NCBI GenBank assembly: GCA_964016885.1
Contig: OZ024755.1
Span: forward strand, 33,232,001 to 33,296,000
Reading direction: 5' to 3'
Source of the DNA: Eledone cirrhosa
Lineage: Eukaryota
DNA length: 64,000 nt
Part shown: piece by piece, positions 11,565-24,065 of the stretch
How positions within the stretch are numbered: the stretch's first letter is position 1
How the letters are laid out: every line of letters starts with the position of its first letter
The notes under the pieces: model-generated
Databases searched by the model: none
What the model was told of the DNA's origin: nothing
The model's input: the letters and a program-made list of their open reading frames with translations, nothing else
Program-made: the position numbers and the translations under genes

Positions 11565-11815
11565 ATCATCATCATCACTGTTTAGCGTCCATTTTTCCAA
11601 GCTAGCATGGGTTAGACTAGTTGTCCCATTGTGAGACAAGTTAGATCAGATGACCATGTCTTGCTCATATTGAACTTTTCTGGCATGGTTTCTAAGGCTG
11701 GATGCCCTTCTTAACACCAACCACATTTACAGTGTGTGCTAGGTGCTTTTTATCATAGCACCAGAATAACCACTTTACAGTGTAGACTGAGTGTTTTTTG
11801 TCATGACACCAAGAT
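11565..11815 (-). mobile_element. SINE C-type 3' portion
   Basis: GCTAGCATGGGTTAGAC...GGCTGGATGCCCTTCTTAACACCAACC with a (CAT)n tail. Confidence 0.7.
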
Positions 11816-12609
11816 AGTGTGTGTATGTAGAATGAGGATTAGGGTGGAGTACTTTTGTGTTGAAGGGTGAGTCTCAGGACAAGGGTGATTGGGAGCTCAG
11901 TCAGCTCCCTATAAAATAACTGTTTATACAGCCATCCAACTGCCATCCATTCTACACAAAAATATGAACAATGTGTGTACCATGTAAATATTTACACTGA
12001 ATAGAAAGAAAAGAAATGATGTGACATTTCAGGTTAAATCCTTTATCAAAACAGAGTAAGAAAAAGGCTAGAAGAAATAAGAATAATTGTGGAAATTGTA
12101 CCAACCTGGAGAGTGGATGTGGTTTCAATGGATACATGAAGTAAAATGGAAGAGACTTGACTGTTAGGACAGGAAGTGGACAAACTATGTAGTAGTAGTA
12201 GTAGTAACAGGAAGAATAGGAGGAAGGAGGTGGGGGGGTACGGTAGGTGGAGGTATAATCTCATGGAGAGAAAAAGGGGGTGGGAAAGAGAGGCATGAGT
12301 GAGGAAGAAGGAAATGGTGGAAGGGAGAGGTATGAGGAAATGTGTGTGTTTAGTTGTGTACAAGGAGTTGCTTACCTTTAATGAAAGGGTGGGAGTGGCG
12401 AACAAGATAGCAGTATGAATTGGTGGGAGGAGAGAGACAGGAATGAAGAAAAAAAAATAGAGGGAATGAGGGGAGGGAAGCTATCTGTGTGTGTGGAGAT
12501 CAGACCTGTCAACTCACCCCCTCCAATGGGGGAGATCTGCCACTCAACTTTGGGGGTGGGTGAGAGATGTCTTCCCTAGTGAAAATAGGTATAACTTTCA
12601 TTATGTTAA

Positions 12610-12832
12610 CCCTTTAGCATTTAAACCTGCCACATCTGGCCACAGTTCTCTCACCCCAATTCTGTTGAAACTGGCTGTAACCAGTCACTCATACTGATGT
12701 TAAGGTATTATTCTCAAAATAAATAATACCAAAATCTCACAGATTCAATATTATTGGGAGATAATTATGTAAGATAAAGCCTTTACCATGAAAATACAAT
12801 AGTAAATACAGAATAATGTAAATGCTAAAGGG
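12610..12832. mobile_element. Complete piggyBac-type MITE
   Basis: TTAA|CCCTTTAGCATTTA ... TAAATGCTAAAGGG|TTAA: 14-bp TIRs, TTAA on both flanks. Confidence 0.85.
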
Positions 12833-13022
12833 TTAAATCTCCCCATTTTGCCTCATTTCTCCCTGTTTTGGAGCACAATTTTTCATGGTACTCCTCGTTT
12901 GGCTTTTTTAGAAGTTGGTAGGTCTGGTAGAGGTGCACTGGTAGAAATGTATGTATTTAGATTCATGAGTGCATGTGGGGTTAGTGAGCATATATTAATG
13001 TTGATGTATGTACATGAATGAT

Positions 13023-14490
13023 ATACAAGGTTTGTCCCAAAAGTAAAAGTACTGTTTTATTTAAATGTATATTTGACATACATCAAATTACAAATTGTCT
13101 CCTTCAAAATACGACCCTTGAGAAGTCACACAGGGGTTTTAACATTTTTTCCATTGATTGTAGCAATACTGGAAGTCATTTTCTGTGAATGTCCTGAACT
13201 CATCAGTTACAATTTTTTGTACGTGTTCCATACTCCCAAAATGATGATGATGATCATCATCATCATTTCATTTTACGTCCACTTTTCCCTGCTTGCAAGG
13301 GTGGGACGGCAACTGATTCTGGCTACATTTCTACAGCTGGATGCCCTTCCTAACACCAACCTCATTTACAGTGAGTGCTGGGTGCTTTTTTGCCGTGGCA
13401 CCTCCACGACCACTTTGCAGTGGAATGATAGGGACCCCAGTCCCTATCATCTCATTTCTACAGCTGAGTAAACTGAAGCAATGTGAAATAAAGTGTCTTG
13501 CTCAAGGAAACAACACATCACCCGGTCTGATAATTGGACTCACAACCTTTCGATTGCAAGGCCAATGCTCTAACCACTAAGCCATGTGCCTCCAACATTC
13601 AAATTCGATTTCAACTCACGGAAGAGGTAGAGATCATACAGAGATCAATCTAGGCTGTAGAGAAGATGTGGAAGAGTGGGAATGTTTTTCTTTGACAGAA
13701 ATTCTCTGATTGAAAGTGTTGTATGAGCACATGCATTATTGTGGTACAGAACCATACCCAACCGCCTGCAATGTCATTTCGGACTCACTGAACCTGCTTT
13801 CAAAAGTCGTTCCAAGACATCTTTGTAGAAGGTGTGATTAACTGTCTGTCCTAGATGTAAAAATTCTTTGTAAACAATACCATGACTTTCAAAAAAATAA
13901 TAATCATTGTTTTCACCCTGGATCTGTTTATGTGTGCTTTCTTCGGCTTTGGATAAGGAGAATTTTTTGTGTGTCTCTCCTCACTTTGCTATGTTGTCTT
14001 TGGGTTCTACTTGAACATCCATGATTCATCTGTTATTACTTTATCCAAGAAATTTGGCTCAAATTTTCAGTCTTTCTAGCAAATCCTGACAAATTTCTAA
14101 CAGGTTCCCTCTTTTGCTCAACAGAGAAATGACGGACACTAGTTTTGCACACATTTTTTAGATGTGTAAATAATCTGTTAAAATTCTGTTAACTGTATTT
14201 TTATTTAAGTCTGTTTCTTGTGTAATTATCCTAGCACTTAATTAGTGATCTTTCGCCATCACTGCTCACACCACTTCCCCATTTTGTTCCTTTGTTTATG
14301 AGATTGGTCTCCCAGAACAAGGTTCATCTTCAACATTTTCTCAACCCCCTTTGAAAGCTGTGTGCCTCTTAAAAACTTCACTGCTCAATAGAATGGCATC
14401 TCCATAAGCTTGTGTTAAAGAATTAAATGTTTTGGTGGCAGATCTGTTGAGTTTTACACATAATCTGATCGCATACCGTTGTTCGATATA
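13023..14490 (-). mobile_element. Decayed mariner transposon (transposase pseudogene), interrupted by SINE B
   Basis: Minus-strand peptide EQRYAIRLCVKLNRSATKTFNSLTQAYGDAILLSSEVFKRHTAFKGG resembles the N-terminal HTH of mariner transposases. TIR-like TACAAGGTTTGTCCCAAAAGTA at 13023. Confidence 0.75.
13240..13593 (-). mobile_element. SINE B full length
   Basis: Matches 4740-5075 and 25761-26108. Confidence 0.85.
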
Positions 14491-14610
14491 TTGTTCGGTA
14501 AACCCATACGTACATATATATGTGTGCATGTATGTATGTATATACATACTACTGTACGTCTGTATATATATATGTATGTACGTATACATATATATATATA
14601 TATATATATA

Positions 14611-15625
14611 TGTGAGTATAGACATAGAATATTCGAAAATATTCTGTATGTTTATAATAAACATTTTGAAGACCTAATCGCTATAGAATAGAATACGTCA
14701 CGTATTACAATTAGATTCTCGATAAAAGCAAGGGAAGTAATCTACGCGTTTCATTCTTGTTAGAATTCATCAGGACTACATATCCAGTGCTTTTATCGAG
14801 AATGACACAGCTAGAGACTTATAGAATACTTAGCTGTGTACTGGAACTGGTTTGAAAGAGCGGTTGCCGGTCCGGCAGAAATTAGAAATTGGAATAAATG
14901 CTCTGAAATAGCGATATATATGTGAGTATAGACATAGAATATTCGAAAATATTCTGTATGTTTATAATAAACATTTTGAAGACCTAATCGCTATAGAATA
15001 GAATACGTCACGTATTACAATTAGATTCTCGATAAAAGCAAGGGAAGTAATCTACGCGTTTCATTCTTGTTAGAATTCATCAGGACTACATATCCAGTGC
15101 TTTTATCGAGAATGACACAGCTAGAGACTTATAGAATACTTAGCTGTGTACTGGAACTGGTTTGAAAGAGCGGTTGCCGGTCCGGCAGAAATTAGAAATT
15201 GGAATAAATGCTCTGAAATAGCGATATATATGTGAGTATAGACATAGAATATTCGAAAATATTCTGTATGTTTATAATAAACATTTTGAAGACCTAATCG
15301 CTATAGAATAGAATACGTCACGTATTACAATTAGATTCTCGATAAAAGCAAGGGAAGTAATCTACGCGTTTCATTCTTGTTAGAATTCATCAGGACTACA
15401 TATCCAGTGCTTTTATCGAGAATGACACAGCTAGAGACTTATAGAATACTTAGCTGTGTACTGGAACTGGTTTGAAAGAGCGGTTGCCGGTCCGGCAGAA
15501 ATTAGAAATTGGAATAAATGCTCTGAAATAGCGATATATATGTGAGTATAGACATAGAATATTCGAAAATATTCTGTATGTTTATAATAAACATTTTGAA
15601 GACCTAATCGCTATAGAATAGAATA
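14611..15625 (-). mobile_element. 310-bp hammerhead tandem array, left block (about 3.3 monomers)
   Basis: TGTGAGTATA recurs at 14611, 14921, 15231 and 15541. TCATCAG (minus-strand CTGATGA) at 14767, 15077 and 15387. Confidence 0.9.
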
Positions 15626-17389
15626 AAAGCACTGGATATGTAGTCCTGATGAATTCTAACAAGAATGAAACGCGTAGATTACTTCCCTTGCTTTTATCGA
15701 GAATCTAATTGTAATACGTGACGTATTCTATTCTATAGCGATTAGGTCTTCAAAATGTTTATTATAAACATACAGAATATTTTCGAATATTCTATGTCTA
15801 TACTCACATATATATCGCTATTTCAGAGCATTTATTCCAATTTCTAATTTCTGCCGGACCGGCAACCGCTCTTTCAAACCAGTTCCAGTACACAGCTAAG
15901 TATTCTATAAGTCTCTAGCTGTGTCATTCTCGATAAAAGCACTGGATATGTAGTCCTGATGAATTCTAACAAGAATGAAACGCGTAGATTACTTCCCTTG
16001 CTTTTATCGAGAATCTAATTGTAATACGTGACGTATTCTATTCTATAGCGATTAGGTCTTCAAAATGTTTATTATAAACATACAGAATATTTTCGAATAT
16101 TCTATGTCTATACTCACATATATATCGCTATTTCAGAGCATTTATTCCAATTTCTAATTTCTGCCGGACCGGCAACCGCTCTTTCAAACCAGTTCCAGTA
16201 CACAGCTAAGTATTCTATAAGTCTCTAGCTGTGTCATTCTCGATAAAAGCACTGGATATGTAGTCCTGATGAATTCTAACAAGAATGAAACGCGTAGATT
16301 ACTTCCCTTGCTTTTATCGAGAATCTAATTGTAATACGTGACGTATTCTATTCTATAGCGATTAGGTCTTCAAAATGTTTATTATAAACATACAGAATAT
16401 TTTCGAATATTCTATGTCTATACTCACATATATATCGCTATTTCAGAGCATTTATTCCAATTTCTAATTTCTGCCGGACCGGCAACCGCTCTTTCAAACC
16501 AGTTCCAGTACACAGCTAAGTATTCTATAAGTCTCTAGCTGTGTCATTCTCGATAAAAGCACTGGATATGTAGTCCTGATGAATTCTAACAAGAATGAAA
16601 CGCGTAGATTACTTCCCTTGCTTTTATCGAGAATCTAATTGTAATACGTGACGTATTCTATTCTATAGCGATTAGGTCTTCAAAATGTTTATTATAAACA
16701 TACAGAATATTTTCGAATATTCTATGTCTATACTCACATATATATCGCTATTTCAGAGCATTTATTCCAATTTCTAATTTCTGCCGGACCGGCAACCGCT
16801 CTTTCAAACCAGTTCCAGTACACAGCTAAGTATTCTATAAGTCTCTAGCTGTGTCATTCTCGATAAAAGCACTGGATATGTAGTCCTGATGAATTCTAAC
16901 AAGAATGAAACGCGTAGATTACTTCCCTTGCTTTTATCGAGAATCTAATTGTAATACGTGACGTATTCTATTCTATAGCGATTAGGTCTTCAAAATGTTT
17001 ATTATAAACATACAGAATATTTTCGAATATTCTATGTCTATACTCACATATATATCGCTATTTCAGAGCATTTATTCCAATTTCTAATTTCTGCCGGACC
17101 GGCAACCGCTCTTTCAAACCAGTTCCAGTACACAGCTAAGTATTCTATAAGTCTCTAGCTGTGTCATTCTCGATAAAAGCACTGGATATGTAGTCCTGAT
17201 GAATTCTAACAAGAATGAAACGCGTAGATTACTTCCCTTGCTTTTATCGAGAATCTAATTGTAATACGTGACGTATTCTATTCTATAGCGATTAGGTCTT
17301 CAAAATGTTTATTATAAACATACAGAATATTTTCGAATATTCTATGTCTATACTCACATATATATCGCTATTTCAGAGCATTTATTCCA

Positions 17390-17393
<4 letters not shown>
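15623..17393 (+). mobile_element. 310-bp hammerhead tandem array, right block (about 5.7 monomers)
   Basis: CTGATGA at 15646, 15956, 16266, 16576, 16886 and 17196. Reverse complement of the left block unit. Confidence 0.9.
15926..16014 (+). ncRNA. Type I hammerhead ribozyme (representative of nine copies)
   Basis: Stem I GTAGTC/GATTAC. Core CTGATGA. Stem II ATTCT-AACA-AGAAT. GAAA. Palindromic stem III ACGCGT. Predicted cleavage after GUA (15986). Distal 16-bp stem ATTCTCGATAAAAGCA/TGCTTTTATCGAGAAT. Confidence 0.85.
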
Positions 17394-17430
<37 letters not shown>

Positions 17431-17646
17431 TCATCATCATCATCATCATCATCATTTAACATCTGCTTTCCTCTGACCCACTTAGAATGCCAGTAACTCT
17501 GATGAAGTACTGACTTAGTGTTTAAAAACCCATTCAAACAATTCCTGCATGAAAAAAAAATGGATGTAAAAAGATGATGATGTATACATACAAATTCACA
17601 CACACACATGTATGTATACATGTATATATACATGTATCTATGTATG

Positions 17647-17714
<68 letters not shown>

Positions 17715-18364
17715 TTGTGCGTGTGTGTGTATTTATACTGGAGAAGCACTTTGACAATGAAACAAAATATATATTTTACCATATTTCCTATAATTTAATT
17801 CAATTAATTAAAGGAAAATTGATGCCATTTATTCACTTATTGCATTATGAATAGACAGACATTTGTGAAAAGCTTCTAATAGTTTGATAATTCAATGACA
17901 AACAGAATATTTCCATGCAGTCTTTCCTAAGAAATAGAAGGTTTTACAATGAAATGTCTAAAGAAACTGGTTGGAAATATACAATTCTAGTATACAATAA
18001 TAGATGCTTCTGTCAACATTCTAAAATATTCTATTCTGCACAATTGATCTATATTTTCTATGTTATTTTACATTGTAAATAACAATTTTTATACTTCTAG
18101 GGATTTTTAAATATTGACAAAATATTCTGTTGTTGTTATTTGGCGGAGTGTCTATGACTTATTGAATAGGAGTATAATAGCTTAATAGATTGTGTCTTTG
18201 ACAGTTAAGTGTTTCTATTGCTGTGTAGCCGCTTGATCAACTATGCTTCAGCATACCAGTAGTACATAAATAGGTGATAGAATAGATCTGGCATTCTAGA
18301 TATTTACTACTTTCATCTGACTGATGGAACACAATGCACATTTTGACATACTGCATTATTATAT

Positions 18365-19110
18365 TTGACACACAGTAATACAGAAGACCCAACTTCCCAC
18401 GGGTCGAAGCTGAAGCATATAGACAATATGTCCCCACACCCTCCCACTAAAAAGTGGTCATGGAGGTGCCACGGAAAAAAAGCACCCAGTACTCACTGTA
18501 AAGTGGTCGTGTAGGTGTCACAACAAAAAAGCACCCAGCCCACACTGTAAAATGATTGTGTTGGTATCACGACAAAAAGCACCCAGCCCACACTGTAAAG
18601 TGATTGTGGAGGTGCCATGGCCATAAAGCAATTGCACCTCTCAAAGGCGATGACACAAGACCGTGACCTCTGGCGTCACTCAGTAATACAGAAGACCCAG
18701 CTTCCCACAGGTACAAGCCGAAGCTGAAGCATATAGACAATGTGTCACCACCCTCTCCCACTACAAAGTGGTCATGGAGGTGCCATGGCAAAAAAAGCAC
18801 CCAGCCCACACTAGAAAGTGGTCGCATAGGTGCCACGGAAAAAAGCACCCAGCCCACAGTGGAAAGTGGTCGCGTAGGTGCTACGGAAAAAAGCACCTAG
18901 CCCACACTGTAGAGTGGTCGTGGAGGTGCCACAGTAAAAAAGCACCCAGCACTCACTGTAAATGATGTTAGGAAGGGCATCCAGCTGTAGAAATCAAGCT
19001 AAAATCAGTTCCAGTATGAGCAAGACAAGATCAGCCAACCGGGTACCGCCCACAACAGGACAACCCGTCTAACCCATGCTAGCGTGGATGAATGGGCGTA
19101 AAATGGTGGT
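18365..19110 (+). mobile_element. SINE C elements (tandem, with internal about 48-bp VNTR)
   Basis: GTAATACAGAAGACCC...GCTGAAGCATATAGACAAT occurs twice, AAAAAGCACCCAGCCCACACTGTA repeats, tail CCCATGCTAGCGTGGA...CGTAAAATGG. Confidence 0.75.
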
Positions 19111-19577
19111 GGTGGTAGTGGTGACGGTGGTGGTGGTGGTGGCGATGATGATGATGGTGGTGATGGTGGTGGTGGTGATGATGATGGTGATGGTGATGGT
19201 GATGATGATGGCGATGATGATGATGATGATGCATTTATTGATATGGCATAGCTTATTTCCTGCTCTCCAGTCTGATATTTCTATAATTATTGGCCCCATT
19301 CGAGTCTTTATTGTTACTGGTGTGCAATGTAGACTGGTTCAGAATGGAGTCCAATAGTCACCTCAATCTCTGCTCAATGTTGGTTTCAGGTGAAACACAT
19401 CCCTACAGAGGTTCTAATTAATTATCAATAGCATTAATCTCGCTCGTCCATCAATAATTAGAAATATCAGGAGCACTATTTTTCTTTATTAGACTAAATT
19501 ATAGAAAATAAGAAAAAGAAAAATATCATAACTAATCAGATATCCCAGTTTATTGTAATTGAAGATGTGATAATAAA

Positions 19578-19925
19578 ATAATATAATAATGAAATTATTG
19601 TGTACGGTGCTCAGGTGCACTACAACTCATCAAAGGTGCATGTATAGTACATAGAATAATGTAAAAATGTCAGGAAAATGAACAGTGTACGAGTCATGAA
19701 ATACATGTGTGTGTGTATATGGAGAGGGATAGCAGGTGTAGTGTTGGCAAATTTCAGGAAGCATGGAGGTTTTAAAGGTTGCAGTGTCTCAACAGCTAAC
19801 AACTGATGCAGGTAGTTTGTTCCATGCTTCAGCAACTCTGAGCATGAAAAAATGTTTCCAAAAGTCATGGGAGCTGTGCTGTTTTCTGACTTTGTAGGCA
19901 AAATATTGTAGTTTGCTTGAAGCAT
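19578..19925 (-). mobile_element. CR1/L2-like LINE 3' end
   Basis: Peptide YKVRKQHSSHDFWKHFFMLRVAEAWNKLPASVV. The same 3' terminus recurs at about 23530-23640, 49715-49765 and 50520-50590. Confidence 0.75.
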
Positions 19926-19944
19926 AGTATACAATATATAATAT

Positions 19945-20236
19945 ATAATCTGGAAAGTGATATAAGGCTAAACCATGCAAACTGTAAGATGGAGGTAATG
20001 AAAAAGTAAGTTACCTGGTAATATTTTTTTTTTTTTTTTTTTCGTTGCTGTTGTTTCTTTTCGTCCTAATATTTCGGGACTAACATTACCTTCTTCAGAG
20101 TATGAGGAACTCTTAGGACGAAAGAAACAGCAGTAACAAAAAACAAAACAAAGATTACCAGGTAACTAACTTTTTCGTTACCTTCATCTTATCACCTATT
20201 TTGCATTGTTTAGCCTTATATCACTTTCCACATTAT
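19945..20236. mobile_element. Diverged fold-back element with degenerate hammerhead motif in the spacer
   Basis: About 120-bp imperfect inverted arms. Minus strand reads CTGAAGA-16nt-GAAATATTA. Confidence 0.55.
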
Positions 20237-21390
20237 GAAGATGAGATGATAGCTGAATAACAGTGTCAATAAGGTAGTAAGTAACGCATTCAGAGATTAA
20301 GATTTATGTATTCAAAGCATGCTAAAATTTACATTGTTTCAATGAAAATATAAACACATATGTAAATACACGTATATCCATAAAAATGAAAATAAAGAGT
20401 AAAAAAGATTTAAAAAAAAGTACCAGTCTAGTACTGGGGTTGATTCTTCCTCTATATCTGTTTCTCATTTCCTCTCTCTCACTTTCTATCTTTCTCTGGA
20501 AGAAATCTGCTGTAGTCAGGCCTGAGAGGGGTGGGCTCTGCCAGGCTTCAAATGCACAAGAGATGCTGTCTGTCAATACAACGCCCCTACGATTCTATAT
20601 GGACTCACGGGATACTCTTCCTGCTCTTGCTCAACGAGGCCAGGGTCATCCCAAGCCAGTGATCCCCAAGCATCATCATGTGTAGAGTCAAGAACTTATA
20701 CTGAACCAAATAAATCAATGCACTAATAGTGTTTTATATGTTAATCTTCAGACTAGTATTAGAGAGAAAGACAAAAGAATTCCTTATCATAAATACATCT
20801 GCTCTTAGAAAACAATTGCTCTGATTTGTACAATTAACTTCAAAGTAAGTGTTAACAATCTATCACAACCTTTTAACTAAATTCTCAATAGAATATTTTC
20901 TATCTATTTTTTATTTTTTTTTATTTTATTTATTTTTTTATTTTTTATTAATGTTTGCTCTTAAATAATTCATCTGGTCACTTTTGTCAAGACCATTCCA
21001 TTCCTGATGTATAAAAATCTGTTTTACAACAGATTCCTATTCTTAGAAAGTGATGACATGTTATTTTATGTTTGTTGAGATTTGTCTAGACAATAGACAA
21101 GGTCATTCCAGGCAATGTAGTTATTTTATGGACAGTTTTTCGGAGAGATTTTTCTTTTACAAATTTAATGGACACCCAACAGTTAGACATTGAAATTTTC
21201 AGCTCAACAAAGCAATCAAATGATTTATGATTATCTTAATGCTATTGACACTATTACTGGCTGCCATTTATCAGAACAGAATAGTAATCTTCTTTTTGTT
21301 GTTCCAAGACAATCGGTCCAGCTATTTCAAATCATTCTAACACACATATATAAATACATGTATATCCAAGCTTAAACAATGAACACACAT

Positions 21391-21428
<38 letters not shown>

Positions 21429-21506
21429 ACACAGACATGCACGCACGCACACACATATATATATAAGATTATACATACATTTTATCTTTCTCTCTCTGTC
21501 ACACAC

Positions 21507-21543
<37 letters not shown>

Positions 21544-21549
<6 letters not shown>

Positions 21550-21644
21550 GTCCCCCAAAAATATATACACACTTCAACAGTACTCTAATAAATATTGCCT
21601 GTACAGGTAATCAAAGTGTGTATACATTCTTTTGGTACACCCTG
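21544..21644. mobile_element. About 100-bp Tc1/mariner-type MITE
   Basis: AGGGTGTCCCCCAAAA...TTTTGGTACACCCTG flanked by TA. Confidence 0.7.
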
Positions 21645-21678
<34 letters not shown>

Positions 21679-21954
21679 TATCCACACACACACACACATA
21701 TATATATGTATATATTTATATATATATACAGACATGTACATATACTATATATATATACATGTATATATACTATATATATATATACATAGCATAGACACAA
21801 GTGTATTAACACACTAGTCTGCAAATACATACATACGCAAACACACACAGACATACACATATATATATATACATATATACACACATACACACACAAACAT
21901 ACTTATATATATATATACATACATACATACATACATATATATATCAAAGCCGAC

Positions 21955-22315
21955 CTTAACCAATTACACCTCTCAAAGGCGATGACACACAACCGTGACC
22001 TCTGGCGTCACACAGTAATACAGAAGACCCAACCCCCCACGGGTACAAGTCAGAGCTGAAGCATATAGACAATATGCCCCCACCCCCCTCCCACTGCAAT
22101 GTGGTCGTGGAGGTACCATGGCAAAAAAGCACCCAGCACTCACTGTAAATGAGGTTGGTGTTAGGAAGGGCATCCAGCTGTAGAAATCAAGCCAGAATCA
22201 GTTCCTGTATGAGCAAGACATGGGGAGCGGCTACTGCCCACAACAGGACAACCCGTCAAACCCATGCTAGCGTGGAAGAACGGACGTAAAACGGTGATAA
22301 TGTTGATGATGATAT
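21955..22315 (+). mobile_element. SINE C
   Basis: Matches 18625-19105 and 56790-57160. Confidence 0.8.
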
Positions 22316-22318
22316 CTA

Positions 22319-22401
<83 letters not shown>

Positions 22402-23714
22402 GCATTTACATACACACGTATACACACATACACACATGCAGATATGATCATCATCATTTTACGTCCGCTTTTCCCTGCTTATATATATATATACACATAT
22501 ATATATACATGGTATAGACAGAAGTGTATTAACACACTAGTCTGCAGACATATATATACACAAATACAAGAGAAAAAAAAATATATAAAATAAAATAAAA
22601 ATATAGATAAGCGTTCAGACGAAATGATACTAAAACGTCACACACGTAAAGATAGACTTATACATAAATACAATCACATACGCAAAACTACATACAGATA
22701 CATGCCTGTATGTGTCCAGTGGAAGTATAAACATATTGAAGCATGCAAAATACAAATGAACACATGCAGATAACAACACACATAAATACATATATACACA
22801 CACATGCATACATATATATATATAAATACATATATACACACACATGCATACACATATATATATAAATATATATATGTATAAATATATATACATATATATA
22901 TATAAATATATGTACATATATATATATAAATATATGTATATATATTCTATTCTAAGGCAGGTAAAATTCCCGAGATCCATGGACGAGTTCTCTCCAGCGG
23001 TCTCTGTCCCTCGTTATCGCTGCCATGTCCTGCGTCTCCAACAGACCAGTGTCTGTCCTTAGGGCATCAACATACGTTAACCTTGGGAGCCCCTACATAT
23101 ATATATATATATATAAAATATATATATACAAAAATATATGTGTTAGGTAATTCCGAAGAGAAAGCAAAGGAAAAACGAGTGCTCTATGTATAAAACAGGG
23201 CCATAAAAAATATATAAATATAAATATATTTTGTTGTTGAAAGAATGAAAGCATGTGATAAAGGCAAAGGAAAAAATGAGTGTTCTATGTAGAGAACGGA
23301 ACTATAAAATTATTTTGTTTGAAATTATTTTCTGTTGAAGATGTAAAGTAGGAGAGATTGTTCAAGGTAAAAGTAAGGGAAAAGAAGAAATGAATGAAAT
23401 AGGTGTAATATAAAATAAGGGTAAATATAATTGTTGAATGTGTGATAAAAGGCCATAGTGTTTAAAGTAAGAGAGAGTGTTCAAGGTGTAATATATAAGT
23501 GTTGAATGTGTGAAGAGGAGAGAGTGTTATAATAATAATAATAATGAAATTATTGTGTAAAATGCTCAGGTGCACTACAACTCATCAAAGGTGTATGTAT
23601 AGTACATAAAAAAATATACAAATGTCAGGGAAGTGTACACACACACACACATATAAAGGAGTGAAGATTACTTTAAACGATGCCTCGTTTACTTAAATAT
23701 ATATATATATATAT

Positions 23715-24065
23715 CATCATTTCATCATCATCATCATTTCATTTTACGTTCGCCTTTTCCCTGCTTGCAAGGGTGGGACGGGAACTGATTCTGGCTACAT
23801 TTCTACAGCTGGATGCCCTTCCTAACACCAACCTCATTTACAGTGAGTGCTGGGTGCTTTTTTGCCGTGGCACCTCCACGACCACTTTGCAGTGGAATGA
23901 TAGGGACCCCAGTCCTTATTATCTCATTTCTCCAGCTGAGTAAACTGGAGCAATGTGAAATAAAGTGTCTTGCTCAAGGAAACAACACATCGCCCGGTCT
24001 GAGAATTGAACTCACAACCTTTCGATTGCAAGGCCAATGCTCTAACCACTAAGCCATGTGCCTCC
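23715..24065 (-). mobile_element. SINE B full length
   Basis: Matches the family consensus. Confidence 0.85.

Noticed and set aside
13341-13580. Recurrent 79-aa [20 protein letters not shown]...
   Set aside because: Antisense reading of SINE B. It recurs only because the SINE does.
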